Shown here: one piece after another, positions 11,126 to 20,989 of the stretch
Numbering within the stretch: position 1 is the first letter of the stretch
Layout of the letters: each line of letters opens with the position of its first letter
Source: Chlamydiia bacterium
GTDB taxonomy: Bacteria > Chlamydiota > Chlamydiia > Chlamydiales > Rhabdochlamydiaceae
Direction: 5' to 3'
DNA: 64,000 nt
Assembly: GCA_963804085.1 (NCBI GenBank)
Contig: CAWDOQ010000002.1
Location: 301,056-365,055, forward strand
The notes under the pieces: generated by a model
What the model saw: only the letters and a program-made list of their open reading frames with translations
The model's database searches: none
Told to the model about the DNA's origin: nothing
Made by a program: the position numbers and the translations under genes

Positions 11126-11770
11126 TTAGCCTCCAGCCCTTTTCACTGTCTCTTCACCTTTGTTAATCCACACTTTGACACCAATCGATCCGTATGTCGT
11201 CTCGGCTCTGCCCATCGCATAATCGATATCTGCGCGGAGTGTGTGGAGAGGAACGCGTCCCTCTTTGTACCATTCGGTACGCGCAATCTCAGCGCCCCCG
11301 ATGCGTCCTGCAACTTGAACTTTGATCCCTGCAGCTCCAGCATCGCGTGCTGCTTGCAGCGCTTTTTTCATAACTCTTCGGAATGGAACCCGTCTTTCGA
11401 GTTGTTTGGCAATTCCATCTGCAACAAGTTTTGCATCTAAGTCTGGGCGCTTGATCTCTTCTACTTCGATCCAGATCTCTTTTCCTGTCAGCGCCTTAAG
11501 CTCCTGCTTTAAAATGTCGATGTCTGCGCCTTTTTTCCCGATCACAAGACCTGGTTTTGAGGTGTGGATCGTGATCTCGATCTTGTCGCTCATTCTGCGG
11601 ATGGTCAACTGAGAAGCACCTACGCAGCATGGCTTTGACATGAGAATTTTACGCAGTTTATAATCTTCACCTAAAAGTGTGCCGAACTCCTGTTTGTTTG
11701 CAAACCAGACCGATCTCCACTTTTTGGTGAGCGCTAATCTAAATCCTATTGGCGATGTCTTTTGTCCCAT
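11126..11770 (-). CDS. rpsC: 30S ribosomal protein S3
   Basis: [22 protein letters not shown] and [11 protein letters not shown] motifs. Confidence 0.98.
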   Translation of the reverse strand: MGQKTSPIGFRLALTKKWRSVWFANKQEFGTLLGEDYKLRKILMSKPCCVGASQLTIRRMSDKIEITIHTSKPGLVIGKKGADIDILKQELKALTGKEIWIEVEEIKRPDLDAKLVADGIAKQLERRVPFRRVMKKALQAARDAGAAGIKVQVAGRIGGAEIARTEWYKEGRVPLHTLRADIDYAMGRAETTYGSIGVKVWINKGEETVKRAGG

Positions 11771-11772
11771 GT

Positions 11773-12108
11773 CTATTCGGCTCCTACTACAATAGTAAAA
11801 TGGCTTGTGCGTTTCATGATCGGCACACGGCCTCCCTTGCTTTTGGATTTCGCTCTTTTGAGCACAGGACCGGCATCCACTCGAACCTCTTGCACTTTCA
11901 AATCACGTCTTTGAACGTTATGCTGCGTCTCGGCATTAGCGACGGCGCTGTTTAAGGTCTTCTGGAGCAGTCTTCCTGCTTTTAACTTGCAGAACGTAAG
12001 CTGAAGTGTCGCCTCTTCTACAGTCAAACCACGGATAAGATCCGCAGCAAGCCTTGCTTTGCGAGGAGGGATTCTAATGTTCTTCGTCTGAGCGCGTGCT
12101 TTTGACAT
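11773..12108 (-). CDS. rplV: 50S ribosomal protein L22
   Basis: PRKARL, SAVANAE and KRTSH motifs. Confidence 0.97.
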   Translation of the reverse strand: MSKARAQTKNIRIPPRKARLAADLIRGLTVEEATLQLTFCKLKAGRLLQKTLNSAVANAETQHNVQRRDLKVQEVRVDAGPVLKRAKSKSKGGRVPIMKRTSHFTIVVGAE

Positions 12109-12113
12109 ATGCG

Positions 12114-12494
12114 TTATACCTTACCTTTTGGTGCACTAGCGGCAGGTGCAGCGGCAGCGGGTGCTCCAGCGGCCCCTGATGAACCAGCAGCTCCGGCTGC
12201 AGGAGCAGAAGCGGCAGCAGCAGCTTCGGCAATTTTCTTCGATCCGTGGCTCTTAAAGATGCGTGTCGGAGAAAATTCGCCCAGTCTATGCCCTACCATG
12301 TTTTCTGAAATAAATACTGTTATAAATTTGCGACCATTGTGGACTTCAAACGTATGGCCAATCATGTCGGGGATGATCATCGATCTTCTGGACCAAGTTT
12401 TCACAACTTTTTTGGTCCCCGTGCTATTTTGTTTAGTCACTTTGTCTAAAAGGTGGTGGTCGACAAAGGGTCCTTTTCTTAGTGATCTCCCCAT
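12114..12494 (-). CDS. rpsS: 30S ribosomal protein S19 with Ala-rich C-terminal extension
   Basis: [16 protein letters not shown] and [11 protein letters not shown] motifs, then ~35 aa rich in Ala/Gly/Pro. Confidence 0.97.
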   Translation of the reverse strand: MGRSLRKGPFVDHHLLDKVTKQNSTGTKKVVKTWSRRSMIIPDMIGHTFEVHNGRKFITVFISENMVGHRLGEFSPTRIFKSHGSKKIAEAAAAASAPAAGAAGSSGAAGAPAAAAPAASAPKGKV

Positions 12495-12502
12495 AAAATC
12501 CT

Positions 12503-13348
12503 CTATTTCCTTCTATCCTTTACGAGCCATTTAGTAGTCTTTCTCTTATTACGGGTGCGATAACCCTTCGTATACATCGCCCAGGGTGTCTGGGGTAAGT
12601 AGCCGTTATGTTTACCTTCGCCTCCCCCGTGTGGGTGGTCGACAGGATTCATCGCCGTACCGCGCACAGTGGGACGGATCCCTTTCCAGCGCATACGGCC
12701 CGCTTTACCTTCGACACGGAGATTTCTCTCCGCATTGGAGACTACTCCAAATGTCGCACGGCAATCTTCGTTGATCATGCGGATTTCGCCGGAGGGCATT
12801 TTTAAGGTGACATAGCCACCGCTGCGCGCCATAAGCTGCGCACTGAGCCCTGCAGAGCGGACTAATTTTCCGCCGCGTCCGGGATGCATTTCAATGTTAT
12901 GTACAACAGAACCGAGCGGCATAGACTTAAGTCTCATGCAGCAACCTACATCAAAAGGAGGCTCGTCGCTTGTTGTGATCGTGTCTCCTGGTTTCAAACC
13001 TTGCGGAGCTAAAATGTATCTCTTTTCACCATCCACATAGTGGAGGAGCGCGATATGCGCACTGCGGTTAGGATCGTATTCGATATAGGTCACCTGCGCA
13101 GGAATATTTTCCTTATCTCTTTTGAAATCGACGATACGGATAAACTTTTTATGTGCGGCACCCCCGCGGTGGCGGCAGGTGATATGTCCATGGTGGTTGC
13201 GTCCATTGGTACGTATCTGGCGCACGACAAGAGATTTTTCTGGCTCAACAGTTGCGCGCTTGGACTTGCCCACACGCGTCAACGCCTCGTTGCTTGTTAA
13301 AACAAGCTCGCGGCTGCTAGGTGTTACGGGTCTAAATTTCTTTGTCAT
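12503..13348 (-). CDS. rplB: 50S ribosomal protein L2
   Basis: IEYDPNRSA and [17 protein letters not shown] motifs. Confidence 0.98.
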   Translation of the reverse strand: MTKKFRPVTPSSRELVLTSNEALTRVGKSKRATVEPEKSLVVRQIRTNGRNHHGHITCRHRGGAAHKKFIRIVDFKRDKENIPAQVTYIEYDPNRSAHIALLHYVDGEKRYILAPQGLKPGDTITTSDEPPFDVGCCMRLKSMPLGSVVHNIEMHPGRGGKLVRSAGLSAQLMARSGGYVTLKMPSGEIRMINEDCRATFGVVSNAERNLRVEGKAGRMRWKGIRPTVRGTAMNPVDHPHGGGEGKHNGYLPQTPWAMYTKGYRTRNKRKTTKWLVKDRRK

Positions 13349-13363
13349 ATCGCAAATCTCTTC

Positions 13364-13696
13364 TTATTTTTCTTCAATGCTATTGCCGGGCTGTAAGGTC
13401 ACCACAGCTTTTTTAAAGCCGGCTTTAAATCCGACTCTTCCGCGCACACGGCGCTCTTTTTGCTTTACTGTGATCGTGTTGACTTTCATCACACGCACCT
13501 TTTTGTCTGCATAAATCTCTTCGACTGCTTGCGCAATCTCCTGCTTATTCGCTCTCTTGTCGACGATAAACACGTATTTAGGAGAGTCGCATTTTTTCAC
13601 ACATGGATTGCTCTCATTTGATTTGAGCTGCTCCAGCATTTTTGCTTTTTCAGTGAGATAACGGGACTTGATAACGTCGTAAGGGCTTTTTTTCAT
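13364..13696 (-). CDS. rplW: 50S ribosomal protein L23
   Basis: TEKA, ANKQEIAQAVE and KKAVVTL motifs. Confidence 0.96.
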   Translation of the reverse strand: MKKSPYDVIKSRYLTEKAKMLEQLKSNESNPCVKKCDSPKYVFIVDKRANKQEIAQAVEEIYADKKVRVMKVNTITVKQKERRVRGRVGFKAGFKKAVVTLQPGNSIEEK

Positions 13697-13699
13697 AAA

Positions 13700-14425
13700 T
13701 TATGCCTTTCCTCCCATTAACACCATGAGTTCATCTACAGCGGGCTCTAAAAGCACGATCTCGTAGCTTACGGCGATGTCATATCCGCTGGCATTAGGAA
13801 GAAGAAGGAACTGTGTTTTAGGGATGTTGCGTAAGCTTTTGTGAAACGCGCCATATTTTTCGCCTGGGAGCATGCTCGCTTGCACAGCTTGCCCTTCGCT
13901 CTTTTTTGCACCCTTCTTTTTAGATGCTTTTTCGGCTGTTACAACTCCTTCTCCTAAAAAGAGAATGCGCTTTCCAACGAGCTCTCTAGTTTTAAGAAAA
14001 TCGGCGACACTCTTTGTCTTTGGAGCGTCAAACTTATCGAATGTCAAAATGTGAATATTGTTTTGCTGGATCTTCTCTGCAAGAAGTGTGCGAATTGCTG
14101 CACGCTTCTCTTTTCTATTGATACGGACGTGCTGATCAAATTTAGGACGTGGCGCATGGACTCTTCCGCCCCCTTTGTACTGAGGAGCTCCGAGATATCC
14201 TTGTCGTGCGCGTCCTGTGCCTTTTTGCGGATGCGGTTTCTTACCGCTATGGCACACTTCTGCTCTAGTCTTAGTGTTTGCAGACCATTGGCGCGCATTA
14301 GCACGCAGGGCCACGATATAATCTTTGATCATCTGATTGTTTGATTTCGTGTCGAGAAGGTCATCCGCGATTTCCACCTTCCCCACTTCACTGCCTGTAA
14401 GATCGTATTTCTTTAGAATCGCCAT
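13700..14425 (-). CDS. rplD: 50S ribosomal protein L4
   Basis: KPHPQKGTGRARQG motif; Lys-rich insertion EKASKKKGAKK. Confidence 0.97.
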   Translation of the reverse strand: MAILKKYDLTGSEVGKVEIADDLLDTKSNNQMIKDYIVALRANARQWSANTKTRAEVCHSGKKPHPQKGTGRARQGYLGAPQYKGGGRVHAPRPKFDQHVRINRKEKRAAIRTLLAEKIQQNNIHILTFDKFDAPKTKSVADFLKTRELVGKRILFLGEGVVTAEKASKKKGAKKSEGQAVQASMLPGEKYGAFHKSLRNIPKTQFLLLPNASGYDIAVSYEIVLLEPAVDELMVLMGGKA

Positions 14426-14431
14426 AAAGCC

Positions 14432-15088
14432 CTATTTCTTTACCTGCTGAGATGCGTTTTTTTTCTTTGCTTTAGTGATGTAGACGAGTCTTCCACGTGC
14501 GCCAGGAATTGCTCCTCTAACGATAATCACTTGTTTTTCCGCATCGATTTTTACAACTTTTAAATTTTGCACGGTGACTGCCTCGGCACCCATGTGGCCC
14601 GCCTTCTTTTGTCCAGGCAAGCAGCGTCCAGGAGAAGTACGCATACCGCAAGATCCGCCGTGTCTATGGAAACCAGAACCGTGTGCAGCAGGTCCGCCGG
14701 CAAAGTTGTGGCGCTTAATAACACCCTGATATCCTTTACCTTTAGAAATCCCTGCAACGTCGACGTACGTGCAATCTGCAAACTGGGCCACGCTGATCTC
14801 CTGACCTGGTTTAAACTCTTCCACTTTCTCTACGTGCGATTCAGCAAAATATCTTCTGGGTTCAACTCCTGCTTTTGCAAAGTGTCCATGCATCGGTTTC
14901 GTGATGCTCTTTGGCTTAGGCTGTTTAAAAGCAGCGAGCTGCACGGCATTATACCCATCGATCTCTTTCGTCTTGATTTGAGCGACGACATGAGGCTCGG
15001 CAGAGATCACGGTACAGGGGACTAGATTGCCGTTCTCATCGAACAGCCTCGTCATTCCCATCTTTTTTCCCATCATTTTTAGCGTCAT
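14432..15088 (-). CDS. rplC: 50S ribosomal protein L3
   Basis: GKKMGMT, SKGKGYQGVIKRHNF and VRGAIPG motifs. Confidence 0.98.
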   Translation of the reverse strand: MTLKMMGKKMGMTRLFDENGNLVPCTVISAEPHVVAQIKTKEIDGYNAVQLAAFKQPKPKSITKPMHGHFAKAGVEPRRYFAESHVEKVEEFKPGQEISVAQFADCTYVDVAGISKGKGYQGVIKRHNFAGGPAAHGSGFHRHGGSCGMRTSPGRCLPGQKKAGHMGAEAVTVQNLKVVKIDAEKQVIIVRGAIPGARGRLVYITKAKKKNASQQVKK

Positions 15089-15233
15089 AAACTTATCCTT
15101 TATCCATTATTCGCCGTAAAACACTCGTGTAATAAGAGTGGAGAAAGCTAAGCGAAGAGGCTAGCAAAATTCTTGATTTTCAGACAATCGAAAATGTTCT
15201 ACTGAATTAGAAAGATACTCAAGAAGTGCCATT

Positions 15234-15614
15234 TCACTCAACTTTTTTCTTCTTTGGCCCCCTTTTTGGAAGGGTAGTTTTAGCAGGGACAAAGAGGGTA
15301 TCTGAAGAATAATAGACCCTTTTTATTTTTAATTTCCGCCTATCGGCATTTTTTTGTAGTTTTACTGTTTTTAAGACCTCGCGCAAGGTGATGCCGGGTG
15401 GAAAGTGGTAGATACCGGGCGAGACTACAGCCCCTTCGATTTTCAAAGAGAGGAGGGGTGCAGACTGGCGAAAACCGACCTGAATCTCTTCTTTTACGAC
15501 ACGGTCCGCTCGCCAAGAGATGGCTCCTAAAGAAAAGATGATACCGCCCACCAAGACTACAGCTATCCACTCGCGGATTAAGAGCTTAGCTTCGGGCAGA
15601 TCCCGATCTGACAT
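15234..15614 (-). CDS. Membrane-anchored SLBB-domain protein (like the ComEA N-terminus)
   Basis: N-terminal TM helix, then IEGAVVSPGIYHFPPGITLREVL; no helix-hairpin-helix seen. Confidence 0.7.
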   Translation of the reverse strand: MSDRDLPEAKLLIREWIAVVLVGGIIFSLGAISWRADRVVKEEIQVGFRQSAPLLSLKIEGAVVSPGIYHFPPGITLREVLKTVKLQKNADRRKLKIKRVYYSSDTLFVPAKTTLPKRGPKKKKVE

Positions 15615-16192
15615 GTTCCTCCGGCGTTTAAGGCAGAGAAGAAACTCAAGAGAAAAATACTGGTGTTCCAGACCTCAAAAAAGGGAATCCCCACAAACAT
15701 CGCGACAATTCCTAAAATCGCTAAAACAAGGGTACAGACGCGCGAGACCAGATAAAAGAGAGCCGCATTTCTTTTTTGATACCCCTCTATCTCAGTCTCC
15801 TTGACCTCCATGAGCTCCCAGGCATTGCCGAGCTTGTACGCCTCTTCTGCAATGCCAAAACAGGCGATGAGGGCAGACGCCCCATAACCAAACAGTTTGG
15901 AGACAGCGAGAGCTGTTTCTCCTAAAGAGATGACTTTTACAGAGTCTGCCCAAGTCGCAAGAGTTGCGCTTCCATAGACAAAATTGATCCCATTTCGCGC
16001 AAATTGCATAGGAGCAACTCTTTCGCCACAGAGGCACGAAGAGGTGTCGCAGACGACGCGAGCCGCGCTATCAACCCAAATAGCTGCCCAAAAAATGCCG
16101 AAAATGGTGTTGGCGGGGCTGGAGGTCACTTCATCAAAGCCAAGCCAAAATGGAGTCGGCGCAACCGGTGTTGTAAGGGAAATAGATGTCAT
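15578..16192 (-). CDS. Hydrophobic membrane protein, tandem paralog 3 (Cap1/Pex11-like by inference)
   Basis: Shares a (W/L)xxxxxIxLG motif and a long C-terminal hydrophobic segment with the neighbouring ORFs. Confidence 0.7.
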   Translation of the reverse strand: MTSISLTTPVAPTPFWLGFDEVTSSPANTIFGIFWAAIWVDSAARVVCDTSSCLCGERVAPMQFARNGINFVYGSATLATWADSVKVISLGETALAVSKLFGYGASALIACFGIAEEAYKLGNAWELMEVKETEIEGYQKRNAALFYLVSRVCTLVLAILGIVAMFVGIPFFEVWNTSIFLLSFFSALNAGGTCQIGICPKLSS

Positions 16193-16198
16193 ATTAAA

Positions 16199-16879
16199 TC
16201 ATGCAGGTTCAAAGCACATGCGCTCATAAAAAACTGCTGATATTTTTGCAGAGATGTAAATAGTAGACAAGCCAAGAGTCACGGGGGGCATCAGAAAAAT
16301 AACCCCGAATGCAGCCTCGATCACAAGAGCTAACAGCCCAAGCGCTGCCATCGCAATAGAGGCGATGTCTCGCACCAGCTTCAAGAGCGGAAGCCAGGGA
16401 TCCTCTTCTGTATACATCTTTTGAAGCAGCTCATTAAACGATGCCACATCGGAATAAAGAGAGGTAGCATTGTAGATCCCATCCAGAATCGGAAAAGAAG
16501 CTCCTCCCAAATGGATCCACTCGCGCGCATGCAGATGCATGGCTGCTTTACAGCCTCTATTTACAAAATCGGCTCCTTGCACAAACGCGCTATCCCACGC
16601 CTTCTGAACTTTTTCCGGGTTCGGATCGAAGAACTCTTTTGCACAAAGCGCATCGATAAATTTAGCGCCTTCTGCAAACGCAACAGGCCAAGCCATAAAT
16701 GAAGAGCCGTCTGCACTCATGTTCTTGATGCAGTCTAAAACCCCGCCCTTGCTTCCGCTTTCGGGCGAAAGCGTTTGCACCCAATGCGCACCTGTATGGA
16801 AAATTTCGAAGAAATCTGTCGCGCCGCTTGTGGTCGTAAAATAGGACCCTATTTGACCGCAAAAACTTAGGCGCGACAT
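16199..16879 (-). CDS. Hydrophobic membrane protein, tandem paralog 2 (Cap1/Pex11-like by inference)
   Basis: Start at MSRLSF, just after the upstream stop. FTTTSGATDFF and LLKLVRDIASIAMAALGLLALV segments. Confidence 0.72.
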   Translation of the reverse strand: MSRLSFCGQIGSYFTTTSGATDFFEIFHTGAHWVQTLSPESGSKGGVLDCIKNMSADGSSFMAWPVAFAEGAKFIDALCAKEFFDPNPEKVQKAWDSAFVQGADFVNRGCKAAMHLHAREWIHLGGASFPILDGIYNATSLYSDVASFNELLQKMYTEEDPWLPLLKLVRDIASIAMAALGLLALVIEAAFGVIFLMPPVTLGLSTIYISAKISAVFYERMCFEPA

Positions 16880-16883
16880 GTTA

Positions 16884-17660
16884 TTATTTGTCAGTAGGAA
16901 GAGGAAGAGCTCTTCGTGTAAATTCTTTGACAATTGTAAACACCGTTGCACTCGTTGAACATATCAAAATATATGTTCCGGCCGACGCGATGGCGATAAA
17001 GAAAGCTGAAATCAACGCGATTGAAGCAAGTGCCACGTAAGAGATGTTTATAATCAGATCGATGCTAGCACGCAAAACGATCGTATAACCCTCTTTGAGG
17101 GTTTTAATTTTCTCTGCTTCCAGCATATTTCTCTCTAATGTTCTCACTGGAGTATCGGGCCAATCTGTATAGATCTTATTGATTCCATCGCCAATTTTGC
17201 AGATGTTTTCGTAAGTGCCCTTAATCATGTTGAATAAAAGAGCGCCTGAATTTATCTGGCTAACAGCGGCCATTGTGGCAGGAGCAAAAGATGCCACACG
17301 CGCATGGTACCACTCGGTGAGGTCGACGATAGGCGAGATGATGTCTATAGAAGAAAAGAAGAGACCTCCTATTGTGTTCACATCGGGGCAATCGTAGACT
17401 GCAACTGCACTTCCCAAGATCTTGTTGACTTTGCCAGGAACTTCACCTGCCGCCATTAAGTTTTTTGCTTCTTTGGTAGCATTGCGCACATGCATCAGCT
17501 CCGGAGAGATTTGCGCTCCAGAAAACTTCATCCCGTCGACGACATGGTAGGTAGGTTTCAAAATACCGTTTTTAATTCCGGCGGCGCTCGTTCCCCAGTC
17601 AGAAGCTTCGGTTAACCATCCTCTCCAGGAGTGGTCCATAGGTAGTCTCATAGTGGCCAT
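16884..17660 (-). CDS. Hydrophobic membrane protein, tandem paralog 1 (Cap1/Pex11-like by inference)
   Basis: AGGAG RBS, amphipathic N-terminal part and bilobed hydrophobic C-terminus; between rplC and fmt. Confidence 0.75.
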   Translation of the reverse strand: MATMRLPMDHSWRGWLTEASDWGTSAAGIKNGILKPTYHVVDGMKFSGAQISPELMHVRNATKEAKNLMAAGEVPGKVNKILGSAVAVYDCPDVNTIGGLFFSSIDIISPIVDLTEWYHARVASFAPATMAAVSQINSGALLFNMIKGTYENICKIGDGINKIYTDWPDTPVRTLERNMLEAEKIKTLKEGYTIVLRASIDLIINISYVALASIALISAFFIAIASAGTYILICSTSATVFTIVKEFTRRALPLPTDK

Positions 17661-17764
17661 AATTCAGTCTCCTTTAAAAATTGAGCTAAAAGTTTACCAT
17701 TTTCAGCAATAAACGAAAATAAGAATTAAATTTTTACTTTAGCTTTCCCTCAGAGAATATTATT

Positions 17765-18736
17765 TTAATTTTGGATAAAAGAAATTTGTTGACGGATTCC
17801 ATTGATAAATCCATCGACAGGCATCGCTTTTTTGCCTTCTAGCTGCACCTCTAAGAGAGCAAGCGCCCCTTCGCCGCAAGCGACGACCCACCCTTCCTTG
17901 GCATCAAAGGAGAGAAAAGAGCCTGGTTTTCCGGATTTCTCCGGGGCAAACTTGGTGCGTAAAATTTTCAAACGTTTTTTCTCGCCGCCTATTTCTACGA
18001 AGCACCAGGCTCCCGGACGCGGAGAGAGCGCTCGGATCTGGTCGTGGATCTTGCGTGCAGGCCTATTCCAATCGATCTTCTCTTCGAGGGGTGTGATTTT
18101 GGGGGCGAAGGTAGCATGGCTCGGATTTTGTGCTATCTTTTGAATACTCCCCTCTTCTTTGGCATGGATCACTTGTACGAGCGCAGGACATGCGAGGGTA
18201 CAGAGCTCCTTATCTAACTCGCCCAGTGTCATGTTTTCGGGTATGGAGAGCTTCACCATCTCCAAGATGTCACCTGCATCCATCTCAAGCACCATCTCCA
18301 TAATCGTCACTCCTGTCTCTTTGCAGCCGTCCATAAGTGCGCGCTGCATGGGGGCCGCTCCTCGGTATTTGGGAAGCAAACTCGCATGGACATTGATATT
18401 TCCTAGTTTTGGAATGTCGAGAAGATTTCTTTTGATGATCTCTCCGTAGGCCACTACGACAAAAAGGTCGGGCGCATAGGACTGCAAAGTGGCAGCAAAT
18501 TCGGGTGTGGAGGCTTTTTCAGGCTGATAAAGAGGCAGTGTGGATCCCAGCTTCTCTAAAGCAACTTTCACAGGCGGTGCACTAGATTTTAAAGAACGGC
18601 CGAAAGGACGATCGGGCCTTGTGACAACAGCAACAATGTTCTCTCCCTCTTTCAAAAGATAGGAAAGAACTTCTGCTGCAAAAGCGGAAGTACCGAAGAA
18701 TATTATTTTAGACTTCTTGCTCGAGGAGCTCTTCAT
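17765..18736 (-). CDS. fmt: Methionyl-tRNA formyltransferase
   Basis: [25 protein letters not shown] and MDAGD motifs. Confidence 0.97.
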   Translation of the reverse strand: MKSSSSKKSKIIFFGTSAFAAEVLSYLLKEGENIVAVVTRPDRPFGRSLKSSAPPVKVALEKLGSTLPLYQPEKASTPEFAATLQSYAPDLFVVVAYGEIIKRNLLDIPKLGNINVHASLLPKYRGAAPMQRALMDGCKETGVTIMEMVLEMDAGDILEMVKLSIPENMTLGELDKELCTLACPALVQVIHAKEEGSIQKIAQNPSHATFAPKITPLEEKIDWNRPARKIHDQIRALSPRPGAWCFVEIGGEKKRLKILRTKFAPEKSGKPGSFLSFDAKEGWVVACGEGALALLEVQLEGKKAMPVDGFINGIRQQISFIQN

Positions 18737-19550
18737 ACTCGGCAAAGTCCTCTTGCGGCTCATGTGTGATGCCTTGTAGGCCGATCAAGCCGCGACGGGA
18801 ATTGCGGCAAAACTCTACCCAGTGGAGGACATGCGGGTTCATCTCAACCTCTTTTTCGATAAGGTCGAGTGCTTCTGAGAGACGAAGCCCGGAGCGATAG
18901 GTCAATTTAAAGGCACGTGTAAGCGCCCTTCTGACCTCAATAGGAAAACCGTGGCGCTTGAGTCCGATGAGATTTAAACCACCGAGCTTGTAAGGTGCGC
19001 CGGCACCCAGAGAGTAGGGAGGCACATCGTGCGTGATGCGGCTAAAGCCGCCTACCATCGCATACGTGCCGATGCGCGAAAATTGATGAACGGGTGTCAT
19101 TCCCCCGATAATGGCATAATCTTCGACGACAACGTGTCCTGCGAGCATCGCATTGTTTGCCATGATGACGCGATTGCCGATCTCGCAGTTATGCGCGACG
19201 TGGCAGTAGGCCATGATGAGGCAGTTGTCTCCAATTTTGACTACGGAGTTTTCTTGGCATGAGGAGTTGATCGTCGCAAATTCGCGAATCTCGCAATTTT
19301 TGCCGATGACGACGTAGGTCTTCTCTCCACGAAATTTGAGATCTTGTGTCTTTGTACCGATGCTAGCAGAAGGCCAGATGATGGTGCCTTCGCCGATAGT
19401 GGTGTTTCCATCGATATAAGCATGCGACTTTACTGTAACCCCATCATGAAGCGTCACCGTGCTCTTGATGACTGCGAAGGGTTCGATCGTGACGTTTTTA
19501 CCGATCTTGGCACCAGCTTCGATCACTGCTTGAGGGTGTATATTTGCCAT
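18708..19550 (-). CDS. lpxA: UDP-N-acetylglucosamine acyltransferase
   Basis: Hexapeptide repeats; QDLKF, HVAHNC, LAGHV and VHQF motifs. Confidence 0.97.
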   Translation of the reverse strand: MANIHPQAVIEAGAKIGKNVTIEPFAVIKSTVTLHDGVTVKSHAYIDGNTTIGEGTIIWPSASIGTKTQDLKFRGEKTYVVIGKNCEIREFATINSSCQENSVVKIGDNCLIMAYCHVAHNCEIGNRVIMANNAMLAGHVVVEDYAIIGGMTPVHQFSRIGTYAMVGGFSRITHDVPPYSLGAGAPYKLGGLNLIGLKRHGFPIEVRRALTRAFKLTYRSGLRLSEALDLIEKEVEMNPHVLHWVEFCRNSRRGLIGLQGITHEPQEDFAEYEELLEQEV

Positions 19551-19589
19551 GTGCAACCAAGGTTGTTAATTTATAAGAGGTCTATCATT

Positions 19590-20057
19590 TCACAGCTGCT
19601 CTTTGTGAACAAGTGCAAATCCCACTTCTGCCTCGACAGCTAGCTGGTCGTTTACCATTGCTTTGGCTTGCACTCTGCCCCCTTTGTTGCTCAAATGAAG
19701 CCCGACGACGTGTAAAGTGAGAATATCGCCAGGCACTGCTGGCTTGCGGAATTTTACATTATTAACGCTCAATAAAACAGCGATCTTCTCATTATATCCT
19801 TTCTGGTGCGCTAAGATGCCGCCTGTCTGAGCCATCGCTTCTAAAATAAGGACGCCGGGCATAATCGGTGCGCCGGGGAAGTGGCCCTGGAAAAAGTGTT
19901 CATTTACTGTTAAATTTTTTTGTCCAATGATCGTGCTCTCTTCCAAATTGAGATAGGTAATCCTATCGACAAGTAGGAAGGGATAGCGGTGAGGTAAGAT
20001 TTTTAATATATCTTTCACATCTAAAACGGGAGACTGGCGCGACGTATGGATGGTCAT
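19590..20057 (-). CDS. fabZ: 3-hydroxyacyl-ACP dehydratase
   Basis: LPHRYPFLLVDR and FQGHFPGAPIMPGVLILEAMAQ motifs. Confidence 0.98.
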   Translation of the reverse strand: MTIHTSRQSPVLDVKDILKILPHRYPFLLVDRITYLNLEESTIIGQKNLTVNEHFFQGHFPGAPIMPGVLILEAMAQTGGILAHQKGYNEKIAVLLSVNNVKFRKPAVPGDILTLHVVGLHLSNKGGRVQAKAMVNDQLAVEAEVGFALVHKEQL

Positions 20058-20972
20058 CTAAGAACTCTCCATTTTAATATGATTTAGCAATTCTCTCGCA
20101 AAGGCGACGTTCGAGGCATGACCTGAGCGAATAGCGATAATATGTGCCAAAAAAGGAATTGCTACAAGTGATAAATCGCCAATCAGATCTAAAATTTTGT
20201 GACGGACCATCTCATCTGCAAAGCGTAAACCCTCTGGGTTCATCACGGCGTTATCTTTAATCAGAATAGCATTTTCTAAGGTGCCCCCTTTCAACATCCC
20301 CTTTTCAATAAGAGGAGCGATCTCCTCGTATAAAGAAAAAGTGCGGCAAGGAGCGATCTCCTCTTTAAAACGGCTCTCTTCGACACAAAACGAGTAGTAT
20401 TGCGAACGCAAAAAGGGCGAATGAGGGTAGTGAAGCGTATAGCTTACACGATACTCATCCGATGGAAGAGCCACTAGATGGACATCTCCCTTAGACCAGA
20501 AGAGCGGTTTTTGCAATGTCCAAAACTCCTTCTCCTCCTTTTGCAAAGAGACGCCCGCCTCTTCGATCAGTTTGCAAAATCCGAGCGCGCTGCCATCCAA
20601 AATGGGAATCTCGGGTCCTGTTACCTCTATTAAGAGGTTGTCGATCTGGTAGGCCCGCAATGCAGAGAGAAGATGTTCGACAGTCTGGACAAGAATGCCT
20701 TCGCTGCCCAGCTTGCTATTACCGATGATAGTGCAACGCGGCGTACCCTGCACATAATCCAACGTCGCAGGCAAAAAAGGCTTATGCGGAAGGTCAAGAC
20801 GCTGAAAAAGAATACCCGTATCAGCCTCTGCAGGAGATAGCCGTACAGTGGCATTCTCTCCTAAAAAAAGACCAACTCCCGAAATGGAAATGGAACGTTT
20901 TAGAGTCCGCTGCTTCTGTTTGGATAGAGCAGCTGTTTTACGCGCAGGTAAAACACTACTAGATGCTGACAA
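20058..20972 (-). CDS. lpxC: UDP-3-O-acyl-GlcNAc deacetylase
   Basis: TVEHLLSAL, EIPILDGSA and RHKILDLIGDL motifs. Confidence 0.97.
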   Translation of the reverse strand: MSASSSVLPARKTAALSKQKQRTLKRSISISGVGLFLGENATVRLSPAEADTGILFQRLDLPHKPFLPATLDYVQGTPRCTIIGNSKLGSEGILVQTVEHLLSALRAYQIDNLLIEVTGPEIPILDGSALGFCKLIEEAGVSLQKEEKEFWTLQKPLFWSKGDVHLVALPSDEYRVSYTLHYPHSPFLRSQYYSFCVEESRFKEEIAPCRTFSLYEEIAPLIEKGMLKGGTLENAILIKDNAVMNPEGLRFADEMVRHKILDLIGDLSLVAIPFLAHIIAIRSGHASNVAFARELLNHIKMESS

Positions 20973-20989
20973 AAGAATTCCTCAATAAT

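Noticed and set aside
2637-15088. Absence of rpsJ, rpsN, rpmD, adk, infA, rpmJ and rpsD from the ribosomal cluster
   Set aside because: Matches the usual chlamydial arrangement, so it is not novel.
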